Shown: positions 25,522 through 39,815 of the stretch, one piece after another
Layout: each line of letters opens with the position of its first letter
Numbering within the stretch: position 1 is the stretch's first letter
Notes under the pieces: generated by a model
What the model saw: the letters and a program-made list of their open reading frames with translations, nothing else
Told to the model about the DNA's origin: nothing
Databases searched by the model: none
Program-made: the position numbers and the translations under genes
Origin: Basidiobolus meristosporus CBS 931.73
Lineage: Eukaryota; Fungi; Basidiobolomycota
Reading direction: 5' to 3'
NCBI GenBank assembly: GCA_002104905.1
Contig: MCFE01000421.1
Coordinates: 14,144 to 78,143 of the forward strand
DNA: 64,000 bases

Positions 25522-26448
25522 ATGAAACTCGCCTTCGCCTTAATACTGTCCCTCTTCTGCGTGGGTTTGAAAGCAGACGTAAACCTGTCGGAGGTAGCTA
25601 CTTTCTTGGTCGGTTGGGTGGGCTGGAGCTGGTCGGATCTTATTAAACGCATCTTTTTCACAGGAGAAGATATTGGAGGTTTGGCATAAGGCAGGAAAGC
25701 AGGAGGAATACGTCAAGCGCGGAGAGATCGTATACACTTTGAAACCACAACATGCCAAATACGTCCCCGACGCCAATTCAATCCAACTTAGCCCCTCGGA
25801 AAAGGATCTTTACAACGTCAAAGTCAACAGTCTTGGTGAGGCTCCCAAGGCCGTGACCTTTTCTTCCGCCAAGTGGGTAAGCGGGTCTGGTGAGTGCTGA
25901 TTCCCTTCATCTTAGCTCACTCGGTGTTTTCTAGTGCATGTTGGAGGCTTCTCAATTCAGCGACAAGTTCACCGTTCATTTTGACAAGGAAGGTAAGGGG
26001 TCTTACGCGGCAAAGTATGCTCTGTGAAGGATACTCAACTCACTTGATAAAGGCAACTTCTTCCACGCCGATTATCATCCTGGGGCTCATGGCTGCCAGG
26101 AGGAGGCTCAAGTACTTAAACACATAGTTCAGATTGTCTTGTCAGGGGAAACTAATTGCTCGACATAGGTCACCAACGTCGAATTCAACACCAGCATTGA
26201 CCTAGTAAAGCCTCATCATGAATTAAGGTACATGCGTCCGGACATGTTTGTTTCAGCATGGTTGGTTAATCATCTGTCTTAGACCCAGACTTCAGCGCGT
26301 CACAGAAGAGGAGTTGAAGCAGAAGGAAAACGCGGAATACTCGAACTTCTTCACGAAGTACTGGTATATCATTGTCCCCGTGGTTCTGGTGTTGTTGGTT
26401 GGTGGTGGAGACCCACCAAAGGAGGGCGAAGGAAACGGCGGGCGTTGA
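25522..26448 (+). CDS. EMC10: ER membrane protein complex subunit 10-like, six exons
   Basis: Signal peptide MKLAFALILSLFCVGLKA; spliced CMLEASQFSDKFTVHFDKEGNFFHADY; C-terminal NFFTKYWYIIVPVVLVLLVGGG TM motif. Confidence 0.85.
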
Positions 26449-27144
26449 TGGATCACCAAACGCCAGTAGCAGCTGACCCCATCATCACTTCACGTTTAAT
26501 TTGATGAACAAGCGATTTGCCTCAGTAGTATTTGTTCAATGTCCCTTATTACCTTTGAGGAATGCCCATACATTAAGTGCCAACCTGTCTTTTTCGGAAA
26601 TAAAACCCCATTGCAATACTTGTCCGAGTGAGCCCCTTAAATCGCCGTGTCCATGTTTTGCCACGATGTACATAATGCCGCCTGTATTGTGTGCCGACCA
26701 AGCGGACAACCAGCTAGCGTATGGGGCTGAGGGTTGGCTTCAATGGACGGAGTTCCAGTGCCCTGCCACTCGATCCATTCCATTTGCAGTGCCATTTAGG
26801 CACCTTCACCCTGCGTCCGTCACCCTGATCCAATCCTTTTGGCCAAATCTAGATGAGCAGAAATTTGTATCACTTGATGCTCAACTTAGCCATTCTTTCA
26901 CAATCGTATGGACAAAGTCTGGTCAGAATCGGCAGAGCGTACATCTTGGCATTGGGTGCCAACGCCCGCCAAATGTACGCTTTCATCCAGAATATTTTTA
27001 CGAATCCAAATAAATAGAATTTGTTTACTGTGTAATATTGATCATTCAATAGGTTGCCCTAACGTACACATTACTGATCCCGTCCTATAATATAAGTCAA
27101 AAACTTGCTTCCAAACTCACTCCAAGAATACCATTTATTTCACT

Positions 27145-29701
27145 ATGTCTGCTACCTACGAATCGCAATATCCTCAAGATGATCATAATTACCCAGAAGG
27201 AGTACCCTCAGATTCAGAATACAGTCAGGAATTTCACAACCAATCCATAGAAAGAGACCACTATCCAGACATTACGCATGAGGAGACACTAGATGGCCTT
27301 GTAGAAATGCTGGCCAATCTCGATGTAGCTCTCTTTCCTTTACTCTAGCATTCTGAGCAGCTATGCTTACTGATGAACCCATCTCGCTTTCATTCCAGTG
27401 TGGACTCCCGTTGTTGCTAGATAAGACGAAGCTATGCATGCTTTCATACAAGGTATGCCTACTGAAAGCGGGGGCTTTGTTTCATCCTCCTGATCCCCTC
27501 CACTTCCCTAGGACCTGGTGCTCTTTCTGAAAAAACGCGCCATGCTCGAAGAGGAATATGGCAAAGGAATGTTAAAACTAACTCAGCAGATCGCCAAATC
27601 GGCGGAAAAAAGTGACATCAAAGTGGGGTAAGAGTTGAGAGCCAAGAGCGAGGGGGTGTTGGCCCATTCAGCACACGTTTATCTAACCCATCTCAACTAG
27701 CACGTTTGGTGACAGCTGGGGAAATTTCATCAAATACCACGAAGCTATCGGGGAGAATAGAGTGAAGTTCGCCTCCACCATCAACGAGGTTGGGGACAAC
27801 CTTTCTGCGGCTTACAAGGAGCACGAAAAATCCCGGAGACAGGTAGGGTTCCTTCGCTCTCGTGTGGCCTAGAGAACCGAGTTTTGCTCACTTGGCTGTC
27901 TAGCTCAAGGAAAATGGTTTGAAGCTTCAGAAGCACTTACACGAGGCTGAGTCCAACTTGGAAAAGGTAAATCTCGGTTAGATGTGAAGATATCAAGTAA
28001 GATCCTTACCCGCCTTCTGATTTCCCTTATTGTAGGCAAAGATCAAATATTCCATGCAAAGTGAAGAGTGGGAGCACGCTATCCTCAAGAAGGGCAGTGA
28101 CAGTATTCGTCAAAAGGGAACCTCCATCACCAAATCCGTTGCGAAACCGATGAACATCTTCAAACAAAACAAATCATCTGATCAGGTCACTAGCGTCCTC
28201 AGCACTACTTGCGCTTTAGTCAAACTTACCATCATAGTTGAGATAGGTCGAGGAGGATGCTCGTCAAAAAGCAAACACTTATAATGAAAATTACAAGTCG
28301 CAATTGGCTTACACTAACAAGACCAGACACGAGTATCACACCGTCGAGCTGCCTCGAATCCTCAAGGTACACGTCGAATCGGCTCTTTTTGGCGGATCGA
28401 TGCTTTGACTGACATACATGCTTTGTCCCGACTCCTAGTCTCTCAAAGATGTCGCATACGAAGCCGTGATTTCCATTCAGTATCATTTGGCCAAATACGC
28501 CTTTCACCTGGAGTCTACTATATTGGAGGACGGGATCATCATCGCCCCTCTCAACGAAGGTAAGCGAGCCTTCAGAATGGTCCACACCTGGCCCGAGCCT
28601 GATGCAACTTCTACCAGATGGAGGAAGCGTGCCAGATCTGCGGTCGTTGGTCGATCAAATCGACAGCGAAGCTGATCTGAAGGATTACATCCGAAAGCGT
28701 AGCACTAGCGGAAACCGAGTCGAGAAGAGCGAAATCCCTTACAATGAATATGCTCTGGTAAGAGTGGTGTTCCCCAGAATCTGCACATCAATTCCTAAGC
28801 AGTTTCACCCATCTTAGTCGGCGGCAGCCAACTCTATCATCAATCCAAGAAACATCTTTGGCGTTGATCTTGCTTATCAATTGGATCGTGATCATGAGCC
28901 TATACCACCTATTCTGTTGAAGTGTGCCGAGGCTATCGAGCGTTTTGGTTAGTTGATCATCCAACCTGCTCGCGAGCGAACCCTGACTAAGCTGGGGCGA
29001 TTTCTTAGGTATCAATAGCACCGGGATCTACCGTATATCTGGAACCATCATCCAGATCCAGAAGTTCCGAACCCTATTCAACCGAGGTCTGATGCATCGA
29101 TAGCCTTCGGGTAGATCCACATTCGATTAATATGGATTTCGCATCTTCTAGATAGCAGTCAAGTAGACCTTAGCAGCGACGACAAGATCGGGGACATTAA
29201 TAACATCACCGGGGTTCTGAAGTTGTACTTCCGCGAACTACCCGAGCCTCTGTTCACCGCATCCATGGCGAACGAATTCATCAATGCTGCCAGTAAGCCG
29301 TTTCCTATCTTCCATGCCCTCTGGCCTGAAACTAACCATACTGTGTAGTGGTGATGGATGAAATGCAGTGCCTATCAACCATGAGTCAGCTGATGAACTA
29401 TCTTCCCCCGCCCAACTATCGTACGATGAGATACCTCTTTGCACATCTTCTAAGGTAATTGGCCCGAAGAGAGCTCCATTCCCACCATCCCTTACTCATG
29501 AGATGAACAACCCGCAGGATCCAAGCAAACCAAGCCCGAAACATGATGAGTATTCAAAATCTAGCCATTGTGTTTGGGCCTACCCTCCTGGCCAATCGAC
29601 AGGACAAGGACATCAACGTCGACATGAGTTACCAGAGTAAAGTTGTAGAAGTGATGCTCGAGAATTTCCAGTATTTGTTTGCGCGCGAGCCAACCCATTA
29701 A
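27145..29701 (+). CDS. F-BAR (FCH) + RhoGAP protein, Rgd1-like, multi-exon
   Basis: Exons encode FLKKRAMLEEEYGKGMLKL (FCH), IFGVDL...PPILLKC, GIYRISG, GVLKLYFRELPEPLF and NLAIVFGPTLL. The exact exon structure was not fully resolved. Confidence 0.9.
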
Positions 29702-31079
29702 TCCATGCAATAAACTGAAGTCACTGTATTTTGAGACCACATGGTTCCCCCGTCACTTTGCATACAGCCCACCAACGCAACGAAGGGGAGGCATGGACTC
29801 GGCCCCGTCAGTTGCCATGCTGGAATTAACCGTGAACAGAAAATCCAAAAGGAAGTCGATAGGGGGGTCTTGGTCCTGGTGGCATCCGATTTGGCATCCA
29901 GGATTCATCTATCCCACATCTCTGGTAACCTCATCGTTGATTTGCCCAAGCCAAGGGCCACTATCAACCGAGCTCATGCTTGGAGAATGGTAAAGCATGG
30001 GCTTTGATGGTAGCCACAAGAGCCGGCAAGATAAACACCATTGGAAACCTGCGCCATCAGATCCGTATGGAGGCTTACCACACAGTCATCTGATTGACTC
30101 GGCTGTGACAGCAAACAGCGGGCAAACCAATAAGAAATGAAAGGTCTTGAGACAGAATGATCCCAAGTATACCGGACTTGGATTTAATTTCTGATAACCT
30201 AGCTCATGAGCACAACATGCCCATGCTGATCATCGTGCCCTTTCCTTTTTAGGAAGGGCTTGGCATCTCTAGGCATCATCAATGCTCGAAGCTTGACCAT
30301 AACTTGGCCAGATTAGACATTACACCGTTCGGTAAGTAAGGGACTTCGTTGCTTTCTGTGGCGCGTCGTGGGATTAACCAGGCCTCCAGCTGAATCAACT
30401 CCTACATCCCATAAGAGTGACCGTTTCTACGTCATCTTCGTCACCCGGTCCCGTTGTTTGAGACGTAAATAAGAACAATCCTGAAGGCGAGCCACCACCA
30501 ATCGCCATTACACATCAGCCCAATCAACCATAACCTCCCGTGGCGTAACCAATCTTAAATGGGTTTCCCTAGGGGAAAGATATGTGAAACGGACTTCCCT
30601 GCCTCGTAGATTTGGCCGATCTCATTGCTTGTCAGATCTATTTATGATGCATCCTCTGGCGCATGCTTTGCATATAATCGCCGGGCGGGTTGCATGAATA
30701 AGGTCAGCATGAAGGCGCGTCCCATGCAATCGTCGGTTTGGGATTGCCATGGCTTGCATTGCGGATTAGTGCGGCCGGTGGCAGCCACTTTATCTGCTGT
30801 TGCTCGATCCCAACTTCCATGACTGGTCCTTACGCTTCACGCTTGACATTCTGATCGGGGAAGGAATCCTCCTGGAGTATTGGAGATGGCTGGGTTCGTT
30901 GCATCCCCAGTACCAGTCCAATGGAAGGCAACTTAGGGTTAGGGTTAATTTTATTCTAATGGATGGCGAATGATTACAAAAATTCGGGAGATGTAGCAGA
31001 ATCTGAAGAATCGACTCCTCCAGGACTGGCTCCCATAGGAATGGACCAACCTACACTGCATGCTGAGCTCTTGTTCAAA

Positions 31080-33362
31080 CTAGTTGCTATGGTCCTCTGC
31101 CACTCTACTGCTGTTGCGTAGTTCATTCTCAAATTCAAGATCTTTCTTTGTGATTCTGGACATCCGTTTGGATAGAAGCGCCACCCCACCAAATATCACG
31201 ATGACGCCCAGACTAAACATGCCGTATTGAAATGCGGTGAAATCCATGAATTCATTGTAGTAAATACCTAAGAGTCGTTAGAAGTAGTCGTTGATGCCCG
31301 ATTGGGCTCTGGTATTAGGGGTAAAGGCTTCTTACCTCCACCGATAATGTCAAACACAGTCCAAATAACATAGAAAACCGGGACCTGCAGCATGGCATCG
31401 TATCGTTGCAGACCCATGTTAATCCAGTACACCTGCGACACAGCCGTGATCACCGTTACGATCAATATGATCCACGCCAGTGGGCTCTTAAACTGATTGG
31501 ATTTCTGAAGTATGGACACCGACAGCAGGTTAATCAACGATTTCGCAAATAGCGTGGTCATCGTTGCCATCATTGCCCCCAGAAATGCATAACACAAAGG
31601 TAGTACGTTCCTAACGGCCCATGATGTTCGTGGTATTGTTTTTGGTAACGATGGGATAATGGAGATTCTGTGATAAAAGTGAAGCCAGCGCTCCCAATAT
31701 ACCCGGGCCAGAGGCCTTTTCTTGACAGAGTTGAATACTCGGGAATTCCTGCGTGCCTCTGACATTTCTGAAAGTATCGGGTGTTCACTGGTGCTGTCGT
31801 GACCGTCATTGGATACAATACTGGATGCTTGGTCCGTTTTATTGTTTGCTTTCAGAGAGCTATTGTTGGCTCTCTCATGGGGGCTTGTTTCGGAAGAAGC
31901 TCGCGAGTTGTGGCCCCTCTCTATCGACTCTCGTATCTCGGGCGCGATAGACGATATGCCGTTCTCTGTGCTGGTGATGACTTGTTCTGGTTGAACGGTC
32001 ATGGGCGTGTCAATAGCTTCTGGGGTAATATTTTTCTCAATGATCTTTATGTAGAAGAATGCGAATACGATAAACGCAAATATCAATACGATATAAACGA
32101 TCGTTGCTCGTTGTTTGAACAAGTTCAACAGTACACACAGACGATAATCTAGATGAGAGCTTGAATAATCTAGACATAGTATAGAGAGGAAACCGCATCA
32201 GCACTGCACATACCTTGGACAACTACTCCTGAAAATATAACGACAAGCACGCATCCAGCAATGATCACCACCACACCTATAATATCGTATCTTCCCAATT
32301 TTTCCTTGTTCATTATGGGTGCAATGATCACATTTGTAACCAAGGATATAGCACCCAGTGGGGCTACCAAGGACTGAGGTGCAAACTGCAACGCTACAAA
32401 GTTTAGAAAACTCGCCGCGACATAGATAACGAACCCTATCACCCATATCTTGATAAAACCGAGTCAATATGGGTCTTGAATCGTAATGTGCCTTTACTTG
32501 CAAAGAGGCTTACCGGGTTGATCTTGGAGTTTGAATAAGTGAGTCTTTGTAGAAGACTGCGACGGCCATTGGTTTGCTCCATTCCTATACTTGGTGAATG
32601 ACCGTACATACTGTTTTGAAGCTGAAGCTTCTTTCTCTCCTGGATTTTTCTCAGTGCGTACTTCTGCAGGTTCAGGCCTATGTTCAATGTGGTGCCGCCT
32701 AAGAGTACCAATATGACCCCAATCCATATAGAATGTTTTTCATTACTGCTTACACACACTCCAGACACCGTAATACCTCTTTGTTGCCGAGAAGAGTTAT
32801 TCTCGATATGGCATATTGATCCATCGTCACATGGGTTTACTTCACCAGATAACATCGAGCAATTCTGATCGATGTGTACACCACCACAACAAGTTCCACT
32901 CTGTAGGTTATATGGTGCGTCGGGCAATGTCCAAGCACCGTCACATGTTGACTGAATGGTGCAATACTGAGCTGAGCATATGTCTGCTGGCGGCGTCATA
33001 TTTGCGCGTAGGTAACTGTTGTAAGAGGCGCATTCCTCCGAGGCTCGGCACAACTCCCCTACAGAATCAAGGTGTCAAAATCCAGCCAGTATCCAAGAGT
33101 CAGCAATACATGCATGGGTGGCCTTCAACTTACCAGCAGCGACTACATATTGGCACTTATTCCTCACACATATATAATCCCCTAAACGAGTGGACTTGAA
33201 GCTGGCACTGCCCGAAGGAGTACTCAAACCAACACTCAAATCCACGCAATCTCTGTCAATAATACATGTGGAAGGAGGCTGGTAAGCCCTGGCAACAGAC
33301 AGTTCAAGATAGATTATCGTTAACACGCCAAGCAAACGCTCGGCTACACAGAAGAAGCGCAT
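31080..33362 (-). CDS. NIPA-type Mg2+ transporter (DMT fold) with a signal peptide and Cys-rich N-terminal ectodomain, multi-exon
   Basis: NIGLNLQKY, NFVALQFAPQSLVAPLGAISLVTN, TTLFAKSL, YWINMGLQRYDAMLQVPVFYVIWT, GGGIYYNEF. Confidence 0.88.
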
Positions 33363-34717
33363 TTCAGTTGAAATGTCACGAGTACCACTCGAGCTATTGA
33401 GATGCAAACACAAACGAAGGTGGTCCCTGCGCGGTTATCTGGGTTGTGTTTAAAGAAAGGAGCGGGGTTCAAGCAAAGTACCTCTGAAAAGCGGCGAAGT
33501 AGACAAACGAGTGAATGATATTTTGATAATACGAGTTCAGTTACAGAATATTTAAATCAGCAGTCAAGTGTATACCAGTCAAATCCATGTTTGGTTCAAA
33601 AAAATACCATATCTATCTTGATTCCGAGTATGCTTGATCCCTGGGCTGTATATGTATATTCAGTTGCCAATCAAAGGCCGAGAGAACTGTGAACCAGAGA
33701 CGTACAAAATTGAATATCAAAGTAGAATTGTATTATAAAACCCAAAATCTCCCCACAGGAATGGCCGTCACAATCACTGATCAGGTATATTACTTGTGAT
33801 CCATGGCCCTGGCAGTAGAGATCTAGCTGTCTTCGAGGATACTATTCATCTTGACTAGGAAGATATCACATGATTATGCTTTCAATTGTCAATCTCAATC
33901 TCACTTCAGACCCATCGAGTATGGAGTGTACTTCCACGCGCCATTTCGTAAGGTTCTTTCAAAAGCTTTAAACTTCAGATGGTCTTGTCAAACGTAATCA
34001 CGAGAATTCCGCTGAGGTGCGTTGGTGCACATCGGAGGGGATATCGCAGCCTACAACATTTTTGCATTGAAAAGCAAATGATGCCAGAGTGTCGAGGCTT
34101 GCACTCGGATCAGTTCATTCGAAATTCCAAGTGAAGCCCAGGACCGTTGGAAAGTACACTAGATATTTGGCCATCGTGAATGCTTAGTTGGTATTGATCG
34201 CACGTACTGGCACCTGGGAGCTTTCTATCTGGTTTAGAGGCACACCGATGTATCTATATATGCTTTCCTATTTATAGGCAACCTATCTCGAAGTGGCCAA
34301 TTGACGTCAGTCCAGCCAGTGCTATTTGGCTTCCTAGACTACATGTACGCACAGATTGTTCTATCTGCGTTTGACGTCTGTTCGTGTGGTAGATTTATTA
34401 AACGGAAAGGATTGGAGGTGGTTTGTACAAGAGCGAACAAAGTTTGGGACTAAGAATTCAGCATACTCGTGAAATAGCACGGTTAAAGAAAATGAGTGCA
34501 AGGTATGAAAATATGCGTAATATGCTTTAGCGATTGTGTACGCTGCATAACACTGGTCGTTTTTGCCATGGAGAACGGTGTGCACATATATGGCGGTACT
34601 AGATATTGGCTTACTTAATACTATTCCATGCTTTTCTATACTGGTGTTAGGGAATCCTGCAGAATTATGCAGTGAGCGATGAAATGGGCGAACGGAGCGC
34701 TCAAAACCAAGAGTTTT

Positions 34718-35462
34718 CTAACGACAGGGATTTTCTACAGGATGGTTGACTATAACTTCATCCTCGATTGTAGGAAGAAGTCCCCAGATAAGCGGCTGTG
34801 AGTCTGAAAAAGAGTTACGTTAGATGGAATTTGTAATCGACCAGGAGAAGAGTTAAGTTGTACCTTTGGGGTCAATCCTCACAGATGCTATTACTGAAGT
34901 AGAATAAAGCATCCAATAGTGTCCATTATTGCAGGCTGTTAGACACGACACACAGGCAGAAGTCACGTTATAACCGAGTATATTCCCGCTATGCTCAAAA
35001 AGTATCGTTAGCGTAGCCTCACTATTTTTCTGGACAATCGAATTGTATTGAGCGGATTAATTACCAATTCAAACAGGCCACATCTTTGATCTTGCAAAGG
35101 CAATTGTTTGTGGAATACTCGAGTCCTACATGCTCTACGCTGTGGGTAAAAAAGGGTTAATTTGCAATATCATACAACCACAGCTTGAGGTGAACGAACC
35201 CAAAGGGAGTCGAATCTGTCGAATACAATTCAACCCTTGTGTCGGCAAGTAGAATGGCCTTCATGCCGCGTTGGCATACAGTGGTTCGACACGCATTACA
35301 CGATAGGATACAGACGGTCTTGCGCCGAAAGTGTGGAAGGAGATCTTGTCTGGTCAAGGAAGTATTGTTTCTATTCCTGAGGTTGATTCCCCTTGAGCTT
35401 AAATATTCGTCCAAATCAGAGCCAGGGGGGAGTCTTTGGGAGGGTTGGTGTGATTGTACCAT
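34718..35462 (-). CDS. FAM72 family protein, multi-exon
   Basis: Spliced CILSCNACRTTVCQRGMKAILLADTRVELYSTD...[40 protein letters not shown]...LIWGLLP matches the FAM72 consensus. Confidence 0.88.
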
Positions 35463-37124
35463 TGAGATTTGTCCAATGAAGCTGTACAATGCTCGCGTTT
35501 GAAGTCTGGAGATAGTGTGGCTACCCTTCGACGAAGTTTTTTATATGTACCATGGAATCGAAGCTTGGAAAGGATGACCAGAAACTAGGTCAGTAGGGCG
35601 AGCTTGAAAAGGATATATCGAAATTGGAGTGGTGGCTGGATTACTTGTTTCAACATTCTTGGCCGGATTAAAGCAATATTTCTAATCAGGGGAATTGTGT
35701 CATTGCTGTATCAGGTATAATAGTCATTAAATATAAATATGTGAAAAGTGGTCGATGTCTTGAGGAATGAGATCTGGAATTTGAGCATTGAGTAAGCCGA
35801 AGCACTGAGAGGAATTGAAGTACACATCGGTGAAGGCAAGCGTGGAATAAACCATCTCAAGCTAAAATCAGAACAGGGTTACACTCATGAACAATATATG
35901 GCTTCCATAACAACCTGAGGGTCGATGATCCTGATTTATTCCAGTGCTCATCAGATTTGCAACCACAAGCTGGAATATCTAAACTTGTGCGTTGAAACAG
36001 TCAGCGTAGATTCCACGCTGAAATCAGCAGCAAGTGATTTTGAGGATAAAATATGGCGCTAATGACAATATGACGTTGGTTGTTGGTAATACCCATATCG
36101 ACCACGAAGAACAGTCAACCAAACTGCATTTGGCATATTCGCTCTCCTCCTGGTATGAGCTGGGTTGCCACTGTTGGGTCTAACCAACCCAGTCCCGACA
36201 AACTCACCCTCACCTTACCACTTGCTCCGTCATCACATAGCCTACCCAGAATACATATAAGTCTCGTAGTGCCCCTCGGCCTACCAGGCACGTTGTTGGG
36301 ATTGCTAAGTAGTTCCTACTTACGGGTTGGGATGCCCCTTTAGCTTTCATTAAGATTCACATGAGCCCTATGTACCCGGAGAGATTAAGAATGATCTCAC
36401 ACAGCGATGCGGCAATTCCTCTAATTCCCCAATTTTCCTCAGTGGAATCTGAAATAATCTCGTACATAATGTGCGCATACAGTATCTGCATCCGAGATGT
36501 AGTAATCTGAGGGCTAGCAGAGTTTTGGCTTCAAGAAATAGGCTTGATTTGATGTATATGTAAGCTAGTAGGCATGAACTCTAAAAACATTCGATTATCC
36601 CCATGCCATGGATTCAAGTTTTATCATTGCTTTACCCCTGAGCATGAAAACAGGTACAACACTAGGTGCATAGTCTCATGAGTAGTTTAGGTTGATTGGG
36701 AGGGTGAAAGTCAATATAATCTGGCCAACAAGCCTATTACTCAGGTTTATTTCTCTTGTCTTTTTATCTTCTCCTTCGTACACTTTGGTCTACTGGTCAA
36801 ATTTTGGAGTATTACTTGGCATTTCTTGGCTATCTATCGAATCCCCCACATACCAGGTATTCTGCGCTGTGCCCTTGATATCCGAAGCTACGTTTTTGGT
36901 TGTATTCCTCAATTCCTACTGAACAGTCTTATCTGGTTAGACTCTATAGTAATACAACCAATTATGATCGCTAATATCGAAAGTAAGCCTACGCTGAGAC
37001 CACCGTTAAATTTCTCCAAGGTAGTTACCAGTGAATCCACCACAACAATGGTTGACCCAGAGAGCCTCTACTAATGCTCCTTTTCATTTCTGACCATGTT
37101 TTACTTCTTGGATGCGTTTGCTAG

Positions 37125-39815
37125 CCAATTGGCGGCCGCTTTTTGAAACCTCGGCAAAGTGGTGAGGATACACCTTCTAGTGCCAGTTCTGGCGCGAAGA
37201 GAGAGGAGGGGGATCCCGCGACATCGCAAGAGAATATCGTTGGTAGGTTTAGTGGCAATACGACCTTGTCCCGTTCTCTGCGCAACAAGTCCGGTCTTCC
37301 TCCTCCTTCAACCAGCTTTAAAGGTTACACCAAATCGGCTGAATCATTGGACGTTGCACTTGCAGTAGATAACCCACTACTGATAGGTTCTACAGAAACC
37401 GGTAAAGAGGAGACGACACATAGGGGCAGACCTGATGATCCTTTCTCCGGTGGTTTCAATGGGCTCAGCGATGCCAGGTCAATCCCACAAAGTGGAAAAA
37501 AGGATTTAACTCAGAGGTTTGCTGCCCCTCCTCGTGGCAAGATTAACACGGCTCCTTCAAAAACCGCCCTGGCTATAGATAAAATGAAGCAAGAGAGAGA
37601 AGAACGCAAAAAACGCTTTGCAGAAGCCAAGGTTCATAAACAACAGCAGCAGGGTGAGGCTTTCGAGATAGCCAGATACGTGGAGATGATCAATGAAACG
37701 CGATTGGAGTTGGACACCAAGGTGTTAGGAACCAAGCGTAAATCAACCGGGAATTACGGCTCTGCCGACACCGGTAGAGATGTATCCATCCAAGTATGTG
37801 TCAGAAAAAGGCCCCTGAGTGGCAAAGGTAAGCTGTGGCTAAATCTCCAATGGTGCCGTGAAACCCATACCAAAGCTTTTCGTTAGAAATCGAGATGAAT
37901 GCATTCGACATTGCAACCTCCGTGTCAAGCAAGCACCGTAGCACATTGAGTAGAATGTACATTCATGAGCCAAAATGCCGGTTGGATCTTACGAAGAGCC
38001 TGGAGACTCATTGGTTCGACTTTGATGAGGTTTTCGATGAGGACAGCTCCAATGTGCAGATCTATCGAGCGGTAGGGAAGCCCTTGGTCGAAAAGCTCTT
38101 TGAAGGAGGAAACTCCACCTTGTTTGCTTATGGCCAAACGGGGAGTGTAAGTTCGTGTATATGGATAGGTCCCACCTATCTGATCGTTAGAATTCATATT
38201 AAGATCCATGATATAACATACATCTCCTATATTCTAGGGGAAAACGCACACAATTTTCGGCTCCCCTGATGGACACAACGTAGGGGTGTATGAGTATGTA
38301 TGCAGAGATCTATTTCGTATGAAAGATAATTATCGCGGGGGAGCATTGTCGATAGCCATGTGTTTCTTTGAGATTTATGGAGGCAAGGTATATGACCTGT
38401 TCAACGACAAAGCCTCGGTGACCATCTTGGAGGATGGATCCGGAAAAATCCAAGTGACCGGCCTTAAAGAGGTGTCGGTAGCTTCCTTGGACGAGATGCT
38501 GAAATTTATAGAGCGTGGGAATCTGTCACGTACCACTGCATCCACCGAAGCCAATGCCACATCTTCCCGATCACATGCAATTTTTCAAATCGTTCTGTAT
38601 AAGCCTGGCAACTCCGCGGTTGGTAAATTTTCGCTGATAGACCTGGCTGGGTCCGAAAAAGCCTCCGAAAGTGGGGCCACCTCGAAACAGGCCCAATTTG
38701 AAGGAGCAGAGATCAATAAGAGCCTGTTGGCACTAAAAGAGTGCATACGTGCTCTCAGCATCAACGGTGATTCTAAGAACGGTTACATCCCATTTAGGGC
38801 TAGTAAGCTAACCCAGGTGCTGAGGGATGCATTGGCCGGGCCTTGCTCGAACACGGTTGTTATGGCCAATATCTCCCCCAGCTCACTAAGCTGTGAGCAC
38901 ACACTAAACACCTTACGATATGCAGGGCGAGTAAAAGACTTGAAGAGTGGGTCCTTAACAGGCGCTTCGACCAAAAAACCCCCACATGTCACCAACTCCT
39001 ATCTGAGTCCCGAAACATCATCCTCATTCGACGATGACCATGAAAACGATACCGACGAAATTACAGATTCCGAGGATTTCCCAAGTACGAAAGGTGACCT
39101 ATGGGCCCCAAACCCAGATAAATCTGTCAATATTCCTCCTACTTTCGAGGCTTTTCGTAGTAGGGTGCTTAATTCTGAGGACTCGATTGCTCAAAATGCC
39201 GAGCTATCCTTCCTCGGAATGCCAGTACCAGCGCCCTTGATACGAGGAACATACATCTCACAGGAGCAGATAAGGGAGACGAATATGGAAAAAGGCAACA
39301 AACTAATTCAAGAAAATCTTAGAGGGCTGAACATTGAGAACGTGGCGATGCTCGCCCAGCCAAGCAGAATTCCGCGTAATGTAATCAACACCAGTAACAA
39401 CAGCATTTCATCTATCATTTCAAATCCTCGTCGGCAACTTCATAAGCCGATTAACTCCATCGATACAAATCCATTAACACCTCCGCCACCATTCGACCCG
39501 CCCAAACTTAGTGGTACTACTGATTCTATCAAAACTCCAGGTGGAAACTCAGAACTGCAGGAATCTCTAGATAGATTATTAAGACAGCAAGCATACGCGC
39601 TTGAAAATGTTGATAGATTAAGTGACGAAGAGAAGAAGATGCTTTTGGAAGTCAGTCGATTGGAGACAGCAGAGGCGGTTGAATATCCAGGGAAGTTGGA
39701 AGAGATTTTAACCGAAAAGATCGCCGTGTTAGCTGCACTCAAAGAACTGGTTCTAGAGTTCAAACAGAAATCTAGGCAGGTTGTTGCTTGGGAAAAATTG
39801 AAGACGGTGAACTAG
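37125..39815 (+). CDS. Kinesin-13 (KIF2/MCAK-like) microtubule depolymerase, multi-exon; true start lies upstream and is unresolved
   Basis: VCVRKRPL, HEPK..DLTK, AYGQTGSGKT, EIYGGKVYDL, NATSSRSH, DLAGSE, EINKSLLALKECIRAL, PFRASKLTQVLRD; internal motor domain. Confidence 0.92.
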
